Of a stretch of DNA of 64,000 nucleotides, positions 14,256-26,844 are shown piece after piece. The position numbers and the translations under genes are program-made. A model generated the notes under the pieces. That model was not told where the DNA came from, did not search any database, and saw only the letters and a program-made list of their open reading frames with translations. The stretch's first letter is position 1. Each line of letters opens with the position of its first letter. Source of the DNA: Eledone cirrhosa (lineage: Eukaryota); contig OZ024742.1 in the NCBI GenBank assembly GCA_964016885.1, positions 209,436,001-209,500,000 on the forward strand. Direction: 5' to 3'.

Positions 14256-15907
14256 ATGCCCACTAAGAAAAGTGGTGGAGGGAAGGTAGGAGTACAAAGC
14301 TTGCAGCCTTCCCCCCTCGCATCATCGAAAAACGTGAAAAATATCGAAACCACGAAACCAAACCCCGTAAATAATACCAGCACCAACAACAAGAACAATG
14401 ACAATAACACCACAACAACAACTGCAACAATAGCAACACCAATATTACCAACAGTGACAGTAACAAAAAAGAAACAACAACACCAAAACAACATTCGCAC
14501 AGACCGTAAAAAAAAAACGAACTATACACGCCAATAGACATAACAAATGCTAAACAACTATTACAAGACGCAAAACAATTCGTGAATTTTGGCGAAAACG
14601 GTGCTTTTAGCATCAATTCTCCACAGGAATTACGTAGAGAGGCTGTCCTGAAAACTGTGGTTTTCAGGACAATATCGAACGAAACAAGAAAACCAGCTCA
14701 ATTATCACAAAATGAAAATGATCTGGTTCTAAAATATGCAATGTAGGGCTTAACCTTCATACAAAAAGGTAAACTGTTTGGTAGCATTTCGGTGCTAATG
14801 AACAACCAGTAAACAGCTCAAAAGTACTCGGTAGCACCCATTGTGTCCCCCCGCTTGACCTTTTACCCCCACATACAGGGGAAAAAGGAGACAAAGAATA
14901 AAAATAATGAGTATCACACCAAATGTAAATATTTGGTGGATACTATGTGGAATAATAAACTTTGACGAAGACAAGATAATTTCAATAGGAAAGTCCTCCG
15001 GAGGTGTATTTGGTGGGACCACCGTAGAAGTTCTGGTGCAAATGAGCCCAGAACGAATAGCGAATATCCCACAACGCGTGCCTCTGGACGGGCTAACTTA
15101 TATAAACATTTCAGTGGAGGGAAGGCGGCCGTCATGTTACCACTGCTTAAGCAGGGGTCACCTGAGGGCTGCCTGTCCTCAATTAACGAGTAAAAAAAAA
15201 GGCTCTTCTGCCAACCCCGAACACAACAACACAACCACCACCACCACCACCACCACCACAACAACAACAACAACAACCACAACAACACGGAAGAGGACTC
15301 CGTATCAACGTCACCCAGTGACAACGAGGGAGAACCCTTTCAACAGGTGAAAAGGAAAAAAAAAAGGCACCACATTAACAAAAATGCCACAAACACACAA
15401 CCACCAGCACAAACAGAACAAACATCACAAATAAAAAAAACCACCCCTCCCCAAAACATAACACGTACTACAAAACGCAAACACGCACAAGAACAACAAA
15501 CAAAAACAAACACAACACAACAAAAACTCTATACATACATTAACAAGAACAATAAAACGTTGATGAAAGCGATAGAAAATAACCCTTCGGTGGAAACCGA
15601 AGGGATCACTTTCACCTACGCAGCGAACAAACCGCACCTAATGATGATTAGGGTCCCAACGGAAACCTATGTAACTTTGAAAAAGAACCATCCAATGCAT
15701 GTGGGGACCAACTGCACCAAACCACATAACAGCGTCCTATTGAGATGTTTCCCCACCCCCACACCAGACACCCACACCCCACCAAACACCCTAATCCCAC
15801 CACACACTGATGTCCTCCCTCCACCACAAACCACCACCCCACCAAACAACCCTTCCAACACCCCCATGGAAATTGTGCAGCCTGGTCCCCAGGAGACGAA
15901 GAGGTAA
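14256..15907 (+). pseudogene. Tx1 ORF1 (gag-like, zinc knuckle), frameshifted
   Basis: ISVEGRRPSCYHCLSRGHLRAAC knuckle; T/N/P-rich low-complexity linkers; homologous to element B ORF1 (ISVEGRRPKCYH-CGSKSHLRAFC). Confidence 0.85.
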
Positions 15908-15949
15908 GTAATTTCCTTTCCTCTTCCTTTTTACCTCTTCAGCACCAAC

Positions 15950-18900
15950 ATGGCCAATATAAGAGTTGGATGTGTGAATGCACGCGGCTTGGGGATGTCC
16001 TGGAAACAGGGCAAACTCTTAAATGAACTCAGGTCGCACAGAGTGGATGTAATGGTTATTTGCGAGTCCAGGATCAGCAGCGAGCGCCAACTGGCCCCCA
16101 TCTTCGACGACTTTGAGATCTACGCATCTCTCTGTCAGCCGAGGGGCGGGGGTGGGGTTGTCGTTCTGCTGCGAAAATACCTGGGTCTTCCCACACAGAA
16201 GGTACACCTGGACCCGGAGGGTCGAGTGGTGGTTTTAGACGTCGGCAGTAGTGAAGGTGGAGCTTTCAGGCTGGTGGCAGCGTATGCCCCATCTGGGACA
16301 CCGCGACCGGACTTCTTCCGACGCCTGGAGAATCGCTCCTTGCTTTTAGTGGGGGACTGGAATGGTATCCTGGATGCACGTTGGGACTATGTAGGGGCAT
16401 GTCCCGATAGAGGGGGGTGTAACAGCCTCAAACGATTAATCGGCCGATTTGATCTGGCCGATAGATATCGACTAGATTTTCCGACTGTGCCACGGTGGAC
16501 GTGGAGTAATCGCAGCGGAAGATCTAGGTCGTACCTAGATAGGTTCCTAGTTAGAAATAAGGATAGGGACATATTAAGCTGTCCACGAATGTTCATGGTT
16601 GACTATTCGGATCACAAGTTGGTGACCGGAGTGGTCAACCTTGATAGAACTCATAGACAGGGACCCGGTTACTGGAAGCTAAACTTGTCTTTACCGACAA
16701 ACAAAGCTTACAGTAAGCGGATTAGCACACTAGTTAAGCAGCGTTTGACGGGGGAAATTGTCAACAACAGGTGGTGGGGCTCTCTCAAGAGAGAAATTAG
16801 AATAGAATCGACAGGTTTTAGTCGGGCATTAGCATCAGATAGGAATAGAACTGAAAGGGAATTAACAAATAGAGTAGAAGAGGCGATTAGGAGTGGCAAC
16901 GTGGCCGGCGTGCTGGCGTCAAGAACGGCCCTAGACCAGTTCTTTGATGCGAAGCACGAGGGCTGCGTTGTCAGGAGTAAAATACGTGCTCTGGGTAACG
17001 AGGGAGCCAAAGCTGTTAGCTGGGCCCGAGTGACAGAGGAAAAAAATGGAAACAAGTCCACGATTCGGTCTTTGAAGCACCAGGATGGACGCGTGATCCT
17101 TGAACCTGAGCGGATGAGCGCGGCCTTTCAACGGCGCTTTGCACCACTGTTCGGGAGGGGCAGCGGGCCGGGTGGGGCCATGGATTTCGGTCCATACCTC
17201 GACGGTCTGGCGCGGCTCTCGGACGGGGAGGCGAAGTCCTGCGAGAGGCTGATTTCAGCCGCTGAAATAGGGGAAGCGCTGAGCCAATGCGGCAAACGCA
17301 AATCTCCGGGTCTCGATGGTCTACCATACGAACTTTATGTAGCGATGCCGGGCTTGTTCTCCGGTCTCCTCGAGGCGGTCTACTGCAACTGGCAACAGAA
17401 CGGGAGAATTCCCAGTTCTGTGACCAAGGGCGTAGTCACGCTGGTGAGGAAGGACGAGAACAATGGGGATGACATAGATAACTTCAGGCCCATAACTCTG
17501 CTAAACACAGAGTTAAAGATTTTGGCCAAGGTGTTAGCGAAGAGGTTGGCGCTTGTCGTCGGGAACCTGGTGGGAGAAGCGCAGACATGCGCAATCCCGT
17601 CCAGGTCCATACACGACAACCTCCACCTCATGCGATACATCGTAGAGAGGGTAGGGAACGAACCCGGCTTTGGTGGGGCCCTGATCAACTTGGAGCAATC
17701 TAAAGCGTTCGATAGGGTTGACCATCGGTACCTGGATGCGGTGCTCGCGGCGGCAGGCTTCGGACCCGTTTTCAGGGGCTGGATTGCTGCAATGCACAGC
17801 AGCAACACCTGCTCGGGGGGTCAAGGTGAACGGCTACCTCTCGGAGCCGTTCCAAATCACGCGATCCATTCGACAGGAATGCCCTCTCTCCTCCCTCCTG
17901 TATGTGCTGGCTCTCGAGCCACTACTGCGGAAGCTGGAGCTGTTGCAGGGCATCCCCTTGGAACCGGGATTGCGGAAAGCGGTGTCGGCCTACGCCGATG
18001 ACGTGACAGTAATGGTGTCGTGCGCCTCGGAAATCGGGCAGATCGGCACCTTACTGGAGGAATATGAAAGGTTCACAGGAGCCAAGCTGAACCGGGACAA
18101 GTCCGTCGGTTTGCAACTCGGGACGTGGAGGGGCAAAACGATGCCCCCCGACGGCATCGTCGGACGCTGGACGGAGGGACCGGTGAAGCTGCTAGGGGTC
18201 TGGTTCGGACCGGACCTCCAGGTGGAGAAAAGCTGGGACGAGGTAACGGGCAAGGTGTTTGCACTCGCCCACAAGTGGGCTGAGTGCAAACTATCCCTGA
18301 AAGGTCGAGCGGAGGTGGCGAACGCTTATATAGCGTCCGTCATCTACTACCGCTTGACCGTCGTGCCCTCTCTCGATAGAAAACACTCGCCAAAATGGAG
18401 CGCGCGCTCTTCCGATTTCTTTGGAAGAAGCGGGCTCCTTTGGTGAGAAGATCCATCTGCTGTCAACACCCTTCGAACGGAGGGCTGGGGATGCCGTGGC
18501 TGACGATGCGTAGACACGCATTAAGGCTACGGCACCTCCAGGTATTCCTCACAGGTCAGCCGGGGTGGGCCCTGTTTGTGAGGCGAGCCTTTCCGAGACT
18601 CGTCTCACTCACCGACCTGCAATCCTGGGTCAAGCAAAGACCGAGAAAAGTGGGCGACTAGCACATTGAATGTGCCCAGGCGCTCACGGCCCTCTGGCAA
18701 GCGGATCCGGCAATCAGTGGAGACTCAACCTCAACATTCTATAGAGGGTTGGTGTGCAGTAAGTGCGACGACGCTCTCGGAGAGGCTCTGGGCATAGAGG
18801 AAGACGAGCTGGCCAGTCTGTTCGGTAGGACGTTTGGCCCGAGACCGATCGACAACTTCCAAAAGTCCCTGGCTTGGCAATGTTACCGAGGAGCTCTACC

Positions 18901-19375
18901 CGTTCGGGACAAGCTCTACAGACACGGGCGCCCGGGTAGGGACCCCTCGAAGAAGATCTGTCCAAGATGCGTGCGTGACGAGGAAACCGTCGCACACGCA
19001 TTCGTACACTGCCCGGGCGTTGCTGACCTGTGGGGCTATGTAGAACGACTACTGTCGCGGGTGGGACCAATCCGGTTGACCACCGAGAACATTGTCACAA
19101 ACAAACCGCCTCCCCCTTTCAAAAACGAAGGAGAGGCGGTTTTCTTCTGTGTGATATCCATGGCGAAAGAAGTTGTATGGTGGACAAGGTTGAAAGGGCT
19201 GAGGTCAGACACCTTTCTCTCCGGCCAACAACTGGTCTTTTTTTTCAAGTACCACTTTAGAAGAAGGATCAGAATAGAGAGAGAGGTGCTCTACCCCAGC
19301 AAGTTTTATGAAAGATGGGTGAAAGTAGCGAGAATGCCCCGAGTGAATGGGCCTTCTCTCTATATCAGCCTGTAG
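15950..19375 (+). pseudogene. Tx1 ORF2: APE endonuclease, reverse transcriptase, C-terminal CCHC; frameshifts near 17815 and 18385, TAG at 18659
   Basis: NARGL, GDWN, SYLDRF, SDHK (APE); KSPGLDG, FRPITLLN, KAFDRV, RQECPLS, YADD (RT); CPRC..ETVAHAFVHC. Confidence 0.95.
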
Positions 19376-20127
19376 GTGAGAAAGGAGAAGAGGAAGGAAG
19401 CACCCGCTCTTTGTGCTCCTGAAGAGGAGGGTTGCACATTTTTTCGGGGGGGGGGGCGACCCATGTCAACGCCCCTCCCTATTGAGGACATCGATTGTTA
19501 AATTTAATTTGTTATATGTTTTTTACACTTCTTTTTAAATATATGTAAACTCCCCCCTTTGTGTTTGTCCCAATCTTTGATGCCCTGGTGGCAAATATAT
19601 AGAAATATATATCAATAAACATCAATCTCTCCCAGTCTCTATATCTAATATATTACATACTCTCCCAGCACCTTCACTATATCAATTATCACTAAACTAT
19701 CCCTCCTTCTATATATGTACAATACAACAATCTCTCTCATTCCCTCTCACTCTAACAATCATTACCAAATTCTAACTCTCTATATATCTATCAAAACTTA
19801 TCTCTATCCCCCTTCTCACTCTACTCATTAGCACCAAACTCTCCCTCTCTATATATATCTACTACACGGAACTCTCTTCCAACCCCCTCTCTATATCAAT
19901 TTACACGAAACTCTCCTCCTTTCTATAGCTACTACTCGCTACTCTCTTCCAATCCCCCTCTCTATATCAATTAGCACCAAATTCCCCCTCTCTATATCTA
20001 CTCTACGGAACTCTCTTCCAATTCCCCTTTACGTACATAATATTTACATAAATTGAGCTCATATACAAATAGATGTGTGTTTTGGTATTGGGGGAAAAAT
20101 TATATTATTGGTGGGGGGCACATATAT

Positions 20128-20225
20128 ATATAATTGTTTCTACTTTTGGCACAAGGCCAGCAATCACCCAGTACATTACTGGTACTTTATTTTATCGAAA
20201 CCTTAAGGATGAAAGACAAAGATTT
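20128..20225 (-). mobile_element. tRNA-derived SINE, 3' half
   Basis: Reverse complement of CTTTCATCCTT..GATAAAATAAAGTACCAGTAAT..CTGGCCTTGTGCCAAAAGTAGAAAC. Confidence 0.8.
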
Positions 20226-20659
20226 GATCTCATATCTCATATAAATAATAAAATGTAGTTTGCTTGAAGCATTGAAAGAGATAGAAGGCTAAACAATGCA
20301 AAATGGACTGTAAAATGAGGTAACGAAAAGTAAAAGTAAGCTACCTGGTAATATTTGTTTTGTTTTCTGTTGTTGTTTTTCTTTTTTCTGTCCAATATTC
20401 CCGTGTTCAGTGTTTAAGGAATTTTCAATGGATAATGTTCCAATTTACTCTCTTTGGGATTCAATTTTAATTTTGATTTAAAATTTTCTCTAAGTTGTTT
20501 TCAAGCGTTTTTCGATGGTTATTTCGCTTTTCACGAGAATGACGTCAATTGCCAATAAAGTATTTCGAGAAATCAATTTTCTTTTTTGTATGAGATATTG
20601 TTTCGTTTGTGTGCGTGTGGGTGTGACTTTTGATGTCAAGTACTGCGTGGTGAGTTCTA

Positions 20660-21790
20660 ATCTATTATTTATTTGCGGGTAGAGTCTACGTATGAGCAAG
20701 GCTCCTTCATTCTTAAATTGCCCACATTTCTATCACTGGCTTTAATGGTATCGGTATTATGTAGGTTGATGTTTCTACATTTGTCAATGTGTTTTTTGAA
20801 TGAGGATGCGTGTGTGTTGAGGTGTTCGTTAATGTGAGTGTGGAGTTCTCGTGTCGTGCTACCAATGTAGAACTCCTTACATTTGTTGCATTCAATCCAG
20901 TATACCTCATATGTCTGCTGGCACATACCTGTATCGCGGATAGGGCAGTTAGTCAGTGAGCATTGAATGGTGTTGTCTCTGGATTGCTTTTTAGACAGGT
21001 ACGCACCCAGTGAAAGGCCGGAGTATGCTAATTGTATGTCCAGTCCTTCTTTGCGGAGAGGTGTGGTTATGCTTTCGCTGAAATGTGGTAATTTCATGAA
21101 GCAGGTGTTAGAGGAGGTATTCATGGCTGCAGCGCCTTCGATTCTTAAGTCGATTCACTGTGGATGTTGGGTATCCGTTCGTCTTCAGTACATCTATGAA
21201 GTGTGCAGTGTAAGTGATCTGTTCCTCTGTCTTGCTACATTTATTCCGGATACGCGTAAGTTCATTTCTTGGTTTTAGCAGCAATGGGAAAGGCTGATCT
21301 ATAATGCACAAACATGTCTCTACTGGCAGATTTTATATAGAAGTTGGTGTATATAGCAGTTTCTTCTGTTACTCTAAGCTGGAAGACCAGCAGAGACAAG
21401 GAACCATTTTTATCTGAGTGTTCTGTGAGAAATCGTATGTTGTTATCTGTGTTTGAAAATGCCATAGATATTATGTCGGCCTCTTCACGGGATGATGTGA
21501 GGATGAGTATATCATCTATGTATCGAGTGAAGAAGACACGGGAGTGACTGGTCTTGAGCGCTCGCCGTTCCAGTTGGTTTATATAGGTGATGGCTTGAAG
21601 TCCTGAAAGACTGGACCCCATTGGTAGGCTTGTTGTTTGTTTGTATGCGTGGTGGTGGAAAGGGAAATATATATTTTCTACGATGTATGGCTTGCGGAGT
21701 GAGGTCGAAGCAGTATAAGTTGTACGAAATGATGCAGTCAATTCCTAGATTGACCGCTGGTGTGCGGGTACTGTCGTGTAGAGGGACACA
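20660..21790 (-). mobile_element. Degenerate Penelope-like element (RT plus GIY-YIG)
   Basis: LPMGSSLSG..YIDD (RT); VYWIECNKCKEFYIGSTTRELHTHINEH (GIY-YIG). Confidence 0.9.
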
Positions 21791-21844
21791 ACTTCGAGGC
21801 TAAAGGCATATCTTGTTATACTTTGGGTGGGTCTTGCTGCCAAT

Positions 21845-23290
21845 AAAAACACACGCACTTGTAAGGTTTCACTTAAATTTATTATTATAATTTCCAGGTC
21901 GGTTAGTTTAATAGCTAGATGGTTGTTTATTTTCTCATTATCAAAGCTCCTTCGTCACACATTCTGTGACCTGCTCGGTGACTACTTTTGATGTTACTTT
22001 GTGTCTTTTCATTTTTCTTTATGAACTGCGTACTTGGGCTCGCATGCCTTACATCCGGGTTTGTTTGTTTGTTTGTTTATTTATTTATTTATGCATTTTT
22101 TCTCTCTCGTCAGTCATTCCTACTTGTCACTAGTTGGTTACTTGTTTTATCTCTCTGTGTGTTCGTGCGTATGGCAGAGGGATTTGTCTATTTATCACAT
22201 TAGTTTGTTGTTTTTTGTGTGTTTTTATATTGTCCTTAGTCGCTATGCTGTGGGTTTGTTACTAATCCATTTATGCTTTCTATTTAGTTTTGGTTTGAAT
22301 TCGTTTATGTTTGTCGCTTCAGTGATCTGTCAGAGTACTTCGTTTGTTCTATGTGTAGATATGAGCCCCGAAGTTCTATTTTGGCATGTTTGGGGAGTAC
22401 GGATGCGTTCTCGACAGCGTATTTATATCATTTCTCTTATGCTATGGGCTATCTCACCTTTATATGTCGTGTTCCTATTCCTACACTGTCCTTCCGTGCA
22501 ACTTATGCTATAAACTACGTTCATAGTTTTAGAGTAAATCCATGGGCTTAATCTGCAGACTATATATTTTCTATCGTGAAAGCGTCCGTTCTGCTAATCT
22601 GGGTTTTATATGATTTTTCTCCTACCTTAATACTTAATATTAATTTGTCTTAAGCCCTTCTAAATATGTATGCTAGTTCTCCTCTGGGAGTTGCTTTGAC
22701 GAATATTACACTCTGGTATCTGTTTCTGTCATACTATGAGTTGACAATATCTATCTTCCTCTTAAATCTCTCGATGCCATTCCAGAATTTACTCCTTCCT
22801 ATTCATGGGGCACGTCCGATTTGCATCCAATTTCTATAATATTCATCCTTTTAGCATTCTCTCCTTTGTACACTCTGATCTTGTCTCTTTGAGAACTGCG
22901 TGTGGTGGATTAAGTGTTCTATGTGTCTCTCTAATTTTTTAGGATTGCACATGCATGACACATTCTTAACCATGGTTATTAAGTCCGCAATTAGTAGGTT
23001 GACTTTCACATTATCTGAAACAGCTGAGTTCCGGTGGAATAAGTACTTAAAGGATCTGTATTTTATTACTAAGGATTTTTAACCAGTGCTCCGTGCCTAA
23101 CAAAGGTAGTGCATTAACAAAAGTAGTCCATAGTTTAGGTATTTGGTTGGGTAATCCGTGGTTACTTTAGTACTCTGCTGGCTTGAGTTCGCTATTTGTT
23201 GGATGCTTTCCATTGTGTTTATTTCTAATTTCTGACTGTTCTCTTTTATAAATATATGCATACATTTTTCATCGGATAAGTCATACATAC
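21845..23290 (-). mobile_element. Second PLE relic (deleted ORF, GIY-YIG end, pLTR with HHR-like motif at 21940-21982), in tandem upstream of the previous one
   Basis: Minus strand YSISCTEGQCRNRNTTYKGE...QITEATNINEFKPKLNRKHKW; same family as 11975-12590. Confidence 0.75.
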
Positions 23291-24272
23291 ACATACGTGC
23301 TTATTTTCGCATGCATATTAAATATATATATATATATGTGTGTGTATGTGTGTATGTGTGTATGTGTGTGTGTGCGTGTGTGCGCGCGTGTGTGTGCGTG
23401 TGTGTGTGCGTGTGAGTGTGCGCGCGCGTATGTGCGTGTGTGTGGTTGACGGCTGAGATAAAAGAGTATTCAACACCGAAGTAGAGTTTTAATATTCATT
23501 TTATTTAGGCTAAACAGTAAGTCTTGTTACTTTGGAGATTCTCCTGTATATCACAGTGTCATCAGACAAGAACTAACGTTTCAATAGCAGACAGTATAAA
23601 TAATGACTTGATGTGGGGAGGGTAATTAAGATAGAGTCGACAGAGTAGTAATGGCAGTAGGTGGAGGATAGGTCTATGTGACAAAGTTGATAATGGGTGA
23701 TAATGGATATAGCCATAACCTTTTAACTCGTCAGTGGTTGGCAGGGGATGAATGTAAAAGTGGATGCTTAATGTTTGGTGGGAATGGCAGGATGAAGTGG
23801 TGGATAGAATATACATATGTATATAATTACACATGTACGGACAAATACATAAATATGCATACATATAAACGTACCTATACATATATACTGAATATATATA
23901 TAAGCGGGTGCATAGATATATGTAAATAAATATATATGCACACACAGACATACATAAAAAGATGTACAAGAAACTATATTTCAAAATATTCAAAAAATTA
24001 TGAAAATATATCTATATACACATACGTATACAAGATACATATACGTGCATAAAAAGAACTAGATATATATACATATAAAATTATGAGGTAAGAGTTCGAT
24101 TATCAGCATTGGTTGATAGAGGAGGATTTTTCCCAATTAAATCCTGTGATCATTTTAAACTACCTCGCTTTACATTCTTTACAGAGCGATTGTCGTTCCA
24201 ACAAAAATTATGTATTAGGATTGGTGCTCTGAAATAGCGATGTATACATGAATGTATGTATAGTATATTTGG

Positions 24273-24345
<73 letters not shown>

Positions 24346-24352
<7 letters not shown>

Positions 24353-24732
24353 GACGTAAATAAGAAAGTTATGAAAATTGACTTACTTACTAAAATTTCA
24401 CTCCAACTAATTAGTTTCTGTAAGGGGATAAATACAGTTATGTAATACATGTAGAGAAGCCTTACGTCATCAGGGAGTCTATTCTCAGCTAAGTTACCAG
24501 GCAATGCGGGGACACCGGAAACTTATATAACAATAATTCATATAGTTATATAAGTTTCCAGTGTCCCCGCATTGCCTGGTAACTTAGCTGAGAATAGACT
24601 CCCTGATGGCGTAAGGCTTCTCTACAGGTATTACATAACTGTATTTATCCCCTTACAGAAACTAATTAGTTGGAGTGAAATTTTAGTAAGTAAGTCAATT
24701 TTCATAACTTTCTGATTTACGTCTTTCATATA
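24346..24732. repeat. Fold-back palindrome, ~190-bp arms, 13-nt spacer near 24540
   Basis: ...CCGGAAACTTATATAAC-AATAATTCATATA-GTTATATAAGTTTCCAG...; arms nearly identical; contains a degenerate CTGATGA. Confidence 0.9.
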
Positions 24733-24876
24733 ATTGTTCTGCATTTCCCTGCATAGAACTACAAAGTTACTAAGAGAAAACATATATATCTGCTAGCATA
24801 GGTATGCATCTGTATACATATGTCGGTAGATATATTAATTCTATATATATATATATATATATGGGGAGGGGGGGGG

Positions 24877-24920
24877 GTCATCCTGATGAGGACCAGTTAA
24901 GTTCGAAATGCATCGACGAT
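24877..24920 (+). ncRNA. Minimal type I hammerhead ribozyme
   Basis: GTCATC-CTGATGA-GGAC(CAGTTAA)GTTC-GAAA-TGCA-TC-GACGAT; palindromic helix III ATGCAT. Confidence 0.85.
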
Positions 24921-25087
24921 TTCCCCCTTGCTTCTGCTGGAGACCGTCAGAGGGCGTTAACCCTGTGTTTTTTGCATGCTACGGCTTTCTAAATTTTTAT
25001 CTACAAACATACCATATTTATTTAGAAATTTCGTATTTCTGTATACAGCTATGCCTGAAGCTATATCCTAATTCTATTCTATTATTA

Positions 25088-25269
25088 GGTGGATTGGCAG
25101 TATCGGTAGAGGGTCGGACGCCGTGCTTTACAGCACAGTTACGTCCCTTTACGGACTGAGTTCAAATCCCGCCGAGGTTAACTTTGCCTTTCATCCTTAT
25201 GGGGTCGATAAAATAAAGTACCAGTAATACACTGGCATAATTGCTGGCCTTGTGCCAAATGTAGAAACA
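25088..25269 (+). mobile_element. tRNA-derived SINE
   Basis: A-box TGGCAGTATCGG, B-box GAGTTCAAATCC, conserved core CTTTGCCTTTCATCCTT..GGGGTCGATAAAATAAAGTACCAG; flanked by ATTATTA direct repeats. Confidence 0.9.
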
Positions 25270-25711
25270 ATTATTAGTTGAACCAACTCATGCAGCTTCA
25301 TAGGCAAATGAGATTAATCGCCTCTTTTCGGCAGATGAGAAAACTATATATTTTTGGCTGTTTTCAAATCCAGTAGTCGCAAGAGTGGGCGGGATCGACG
25401 GTAGTACCCTTTCTCACTTGTAAGTGGTTGTCACTTTGCTTCTGCCGAGAGTTATAGAAGCAGGATTCTTATAGAATTCTAGTGATGTTTACGAGCTGTT
25501 TAAACTCATTAGCATACGGCAAAAATTAGAAATTAGCATTGGTGCTCTGAAATAGCGATGTATATATGAATGTATGTATAGTATATTTCATATTTTTAAG
25601 GTTCTTTAATATATCCCACAAGCATAGAAAAAAGAAATTGAAAACCCAATTACATATATATGATATATATCTATGAGTGTGGCTACATGCGTGGATGTAT
25701 ATATATATATA

Positions 25712-25846
25712 TAGAAGTGGTTACACAACTGTTAGTTCACCATACCGAGAACAATTGTTTCACCTTAGCGGATCCGAGCTGAAGATCCGCTAAGGTGAAA
25801 CAATTGTTCTCGGTATGGTGAACTAACTGTTGTGTTACCACTTCTA
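25712..25846. repeat. Fold-back palindrome centred on an HHR-like motif (25775-25813); related copy at 26521-26595
   Basis: CCGAG-CTGAAGA-TCC(GCTAA)GGT-GAAA-CAATTG-TT-CTCGG; arms about 60 bp. Confidence 0.8.
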
Positions 25847-25877
25847 CCTAACTCGTCCCTTGGAGCAAGTGTTCCAC

Positions 25878-26019
<142 letters not shown>

Positions 26020-26596
26020 GGAAGTTTACTAAAATCGAAGTTTTGGCAGTGGTCAAACTAACGAGATACAATTAGGTTTATGCAGCAAAGCACTCAATAA
26101 GGGTATATCACCTTAGAGTAATTAACATACGTTAGATAGCGTGACAAATTGAAAACTGCAGCAGGCGGGCCTAGCCACATAACACCAAAGCAACGAAAAT
26201 ACATTCTGGTTAGATAACAAACCTGGACCGAATCGAAGGGTATTCTGCAATAGCTCCGGTATGTTTCTATGAAACCAAAATCAACAATCCTACTTGCGCA
26301 ATATGCAAGTTTGTGGTATTTGATGATCGAACCGTGGACCCACGTTATCAACAGGTTTCCGTTCTGTGCCTCAAACCGGTGTGAAGTGTAGCATTGGGCT
26401 ACTACTAATGGTAGCAGTCAATGTTTCACTATCACGTGCTTTTTACCCAAAAAGGGAAATAACCCCCTGGTTTTTGACGGGCATATTCAAAGTGTGAACA
26501 AAGGAATTGATTCCATTTAGACCGACCTGAAGATCCGCTTCAGGTGAAACATTTGTTCTCGGTATGGTCAACTAACCGTTTTGGAACTACTTTTAA

Positions 26597-26634
<38 letters not shown>

Positions 26635-26702
26635 CTGTGTGTCTGTGTGTGTGTGTGTGTGTCTGTGTGTGTGTGTCTGTGTGTGTGTGTGTGTGCGTGT
26701 GC

Positions 26703-26761
<59 letters not shown>

Positions 26762-26808
26762 TGTGTGTCTGTGTGTGTGTGTGTGTGTGTATGTGTGTGT
26801 GTGTGTGT

Positions 26809-26844
<36 letters not shown>

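Larger units (their letters stand above)
14030..19606 (+). mobile_element. Near full-length L1/Tx1-clade LINE (element A)
   Basis: 5' UTR, gag-like ORF1 with CCHC knuckle, ORF2 APE-RT-CCHC, 3' end CCCTGGTGGCAAATATATAGAAAT. Confidence 0.93.
24863..25397 (+). mobile_element. Candidate retrozyme monomer (copy 1), interrupted by a SINE
   Basis: Begins at the HHR (24877-24920) and ends with AAGAGTGGGCGGGATCG, the sequence that precedes the HHR in the other copies. Confidence 0.75.

Noticed and set aside
16019-19248. Antisense and alternate-frame ORFs over the Tx1 ORF2s (also at 57385-63851)
   Set aside because: Expected shadow ORFs of GC-rich coding sequence, with no independent motifs
13530-20030. 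Regularly recurring ~30-bp motifs resembling a CRISPR array
   Set aside because: Units are degenerate tandem minisatellite with no unique spacers and no cas genes, in a eukaryotic context
23523-23570. HHR-like CTTGT-CTGATGA...CAAA-GT-A-ACAAG on - (similar weak cases at about 6908, 24603, 30875-30925, 38457, 47254-47337 and 55459)
   Set aside because: The core GAAA or the stems are broken; possibly decayed HHRs but not supportable individually
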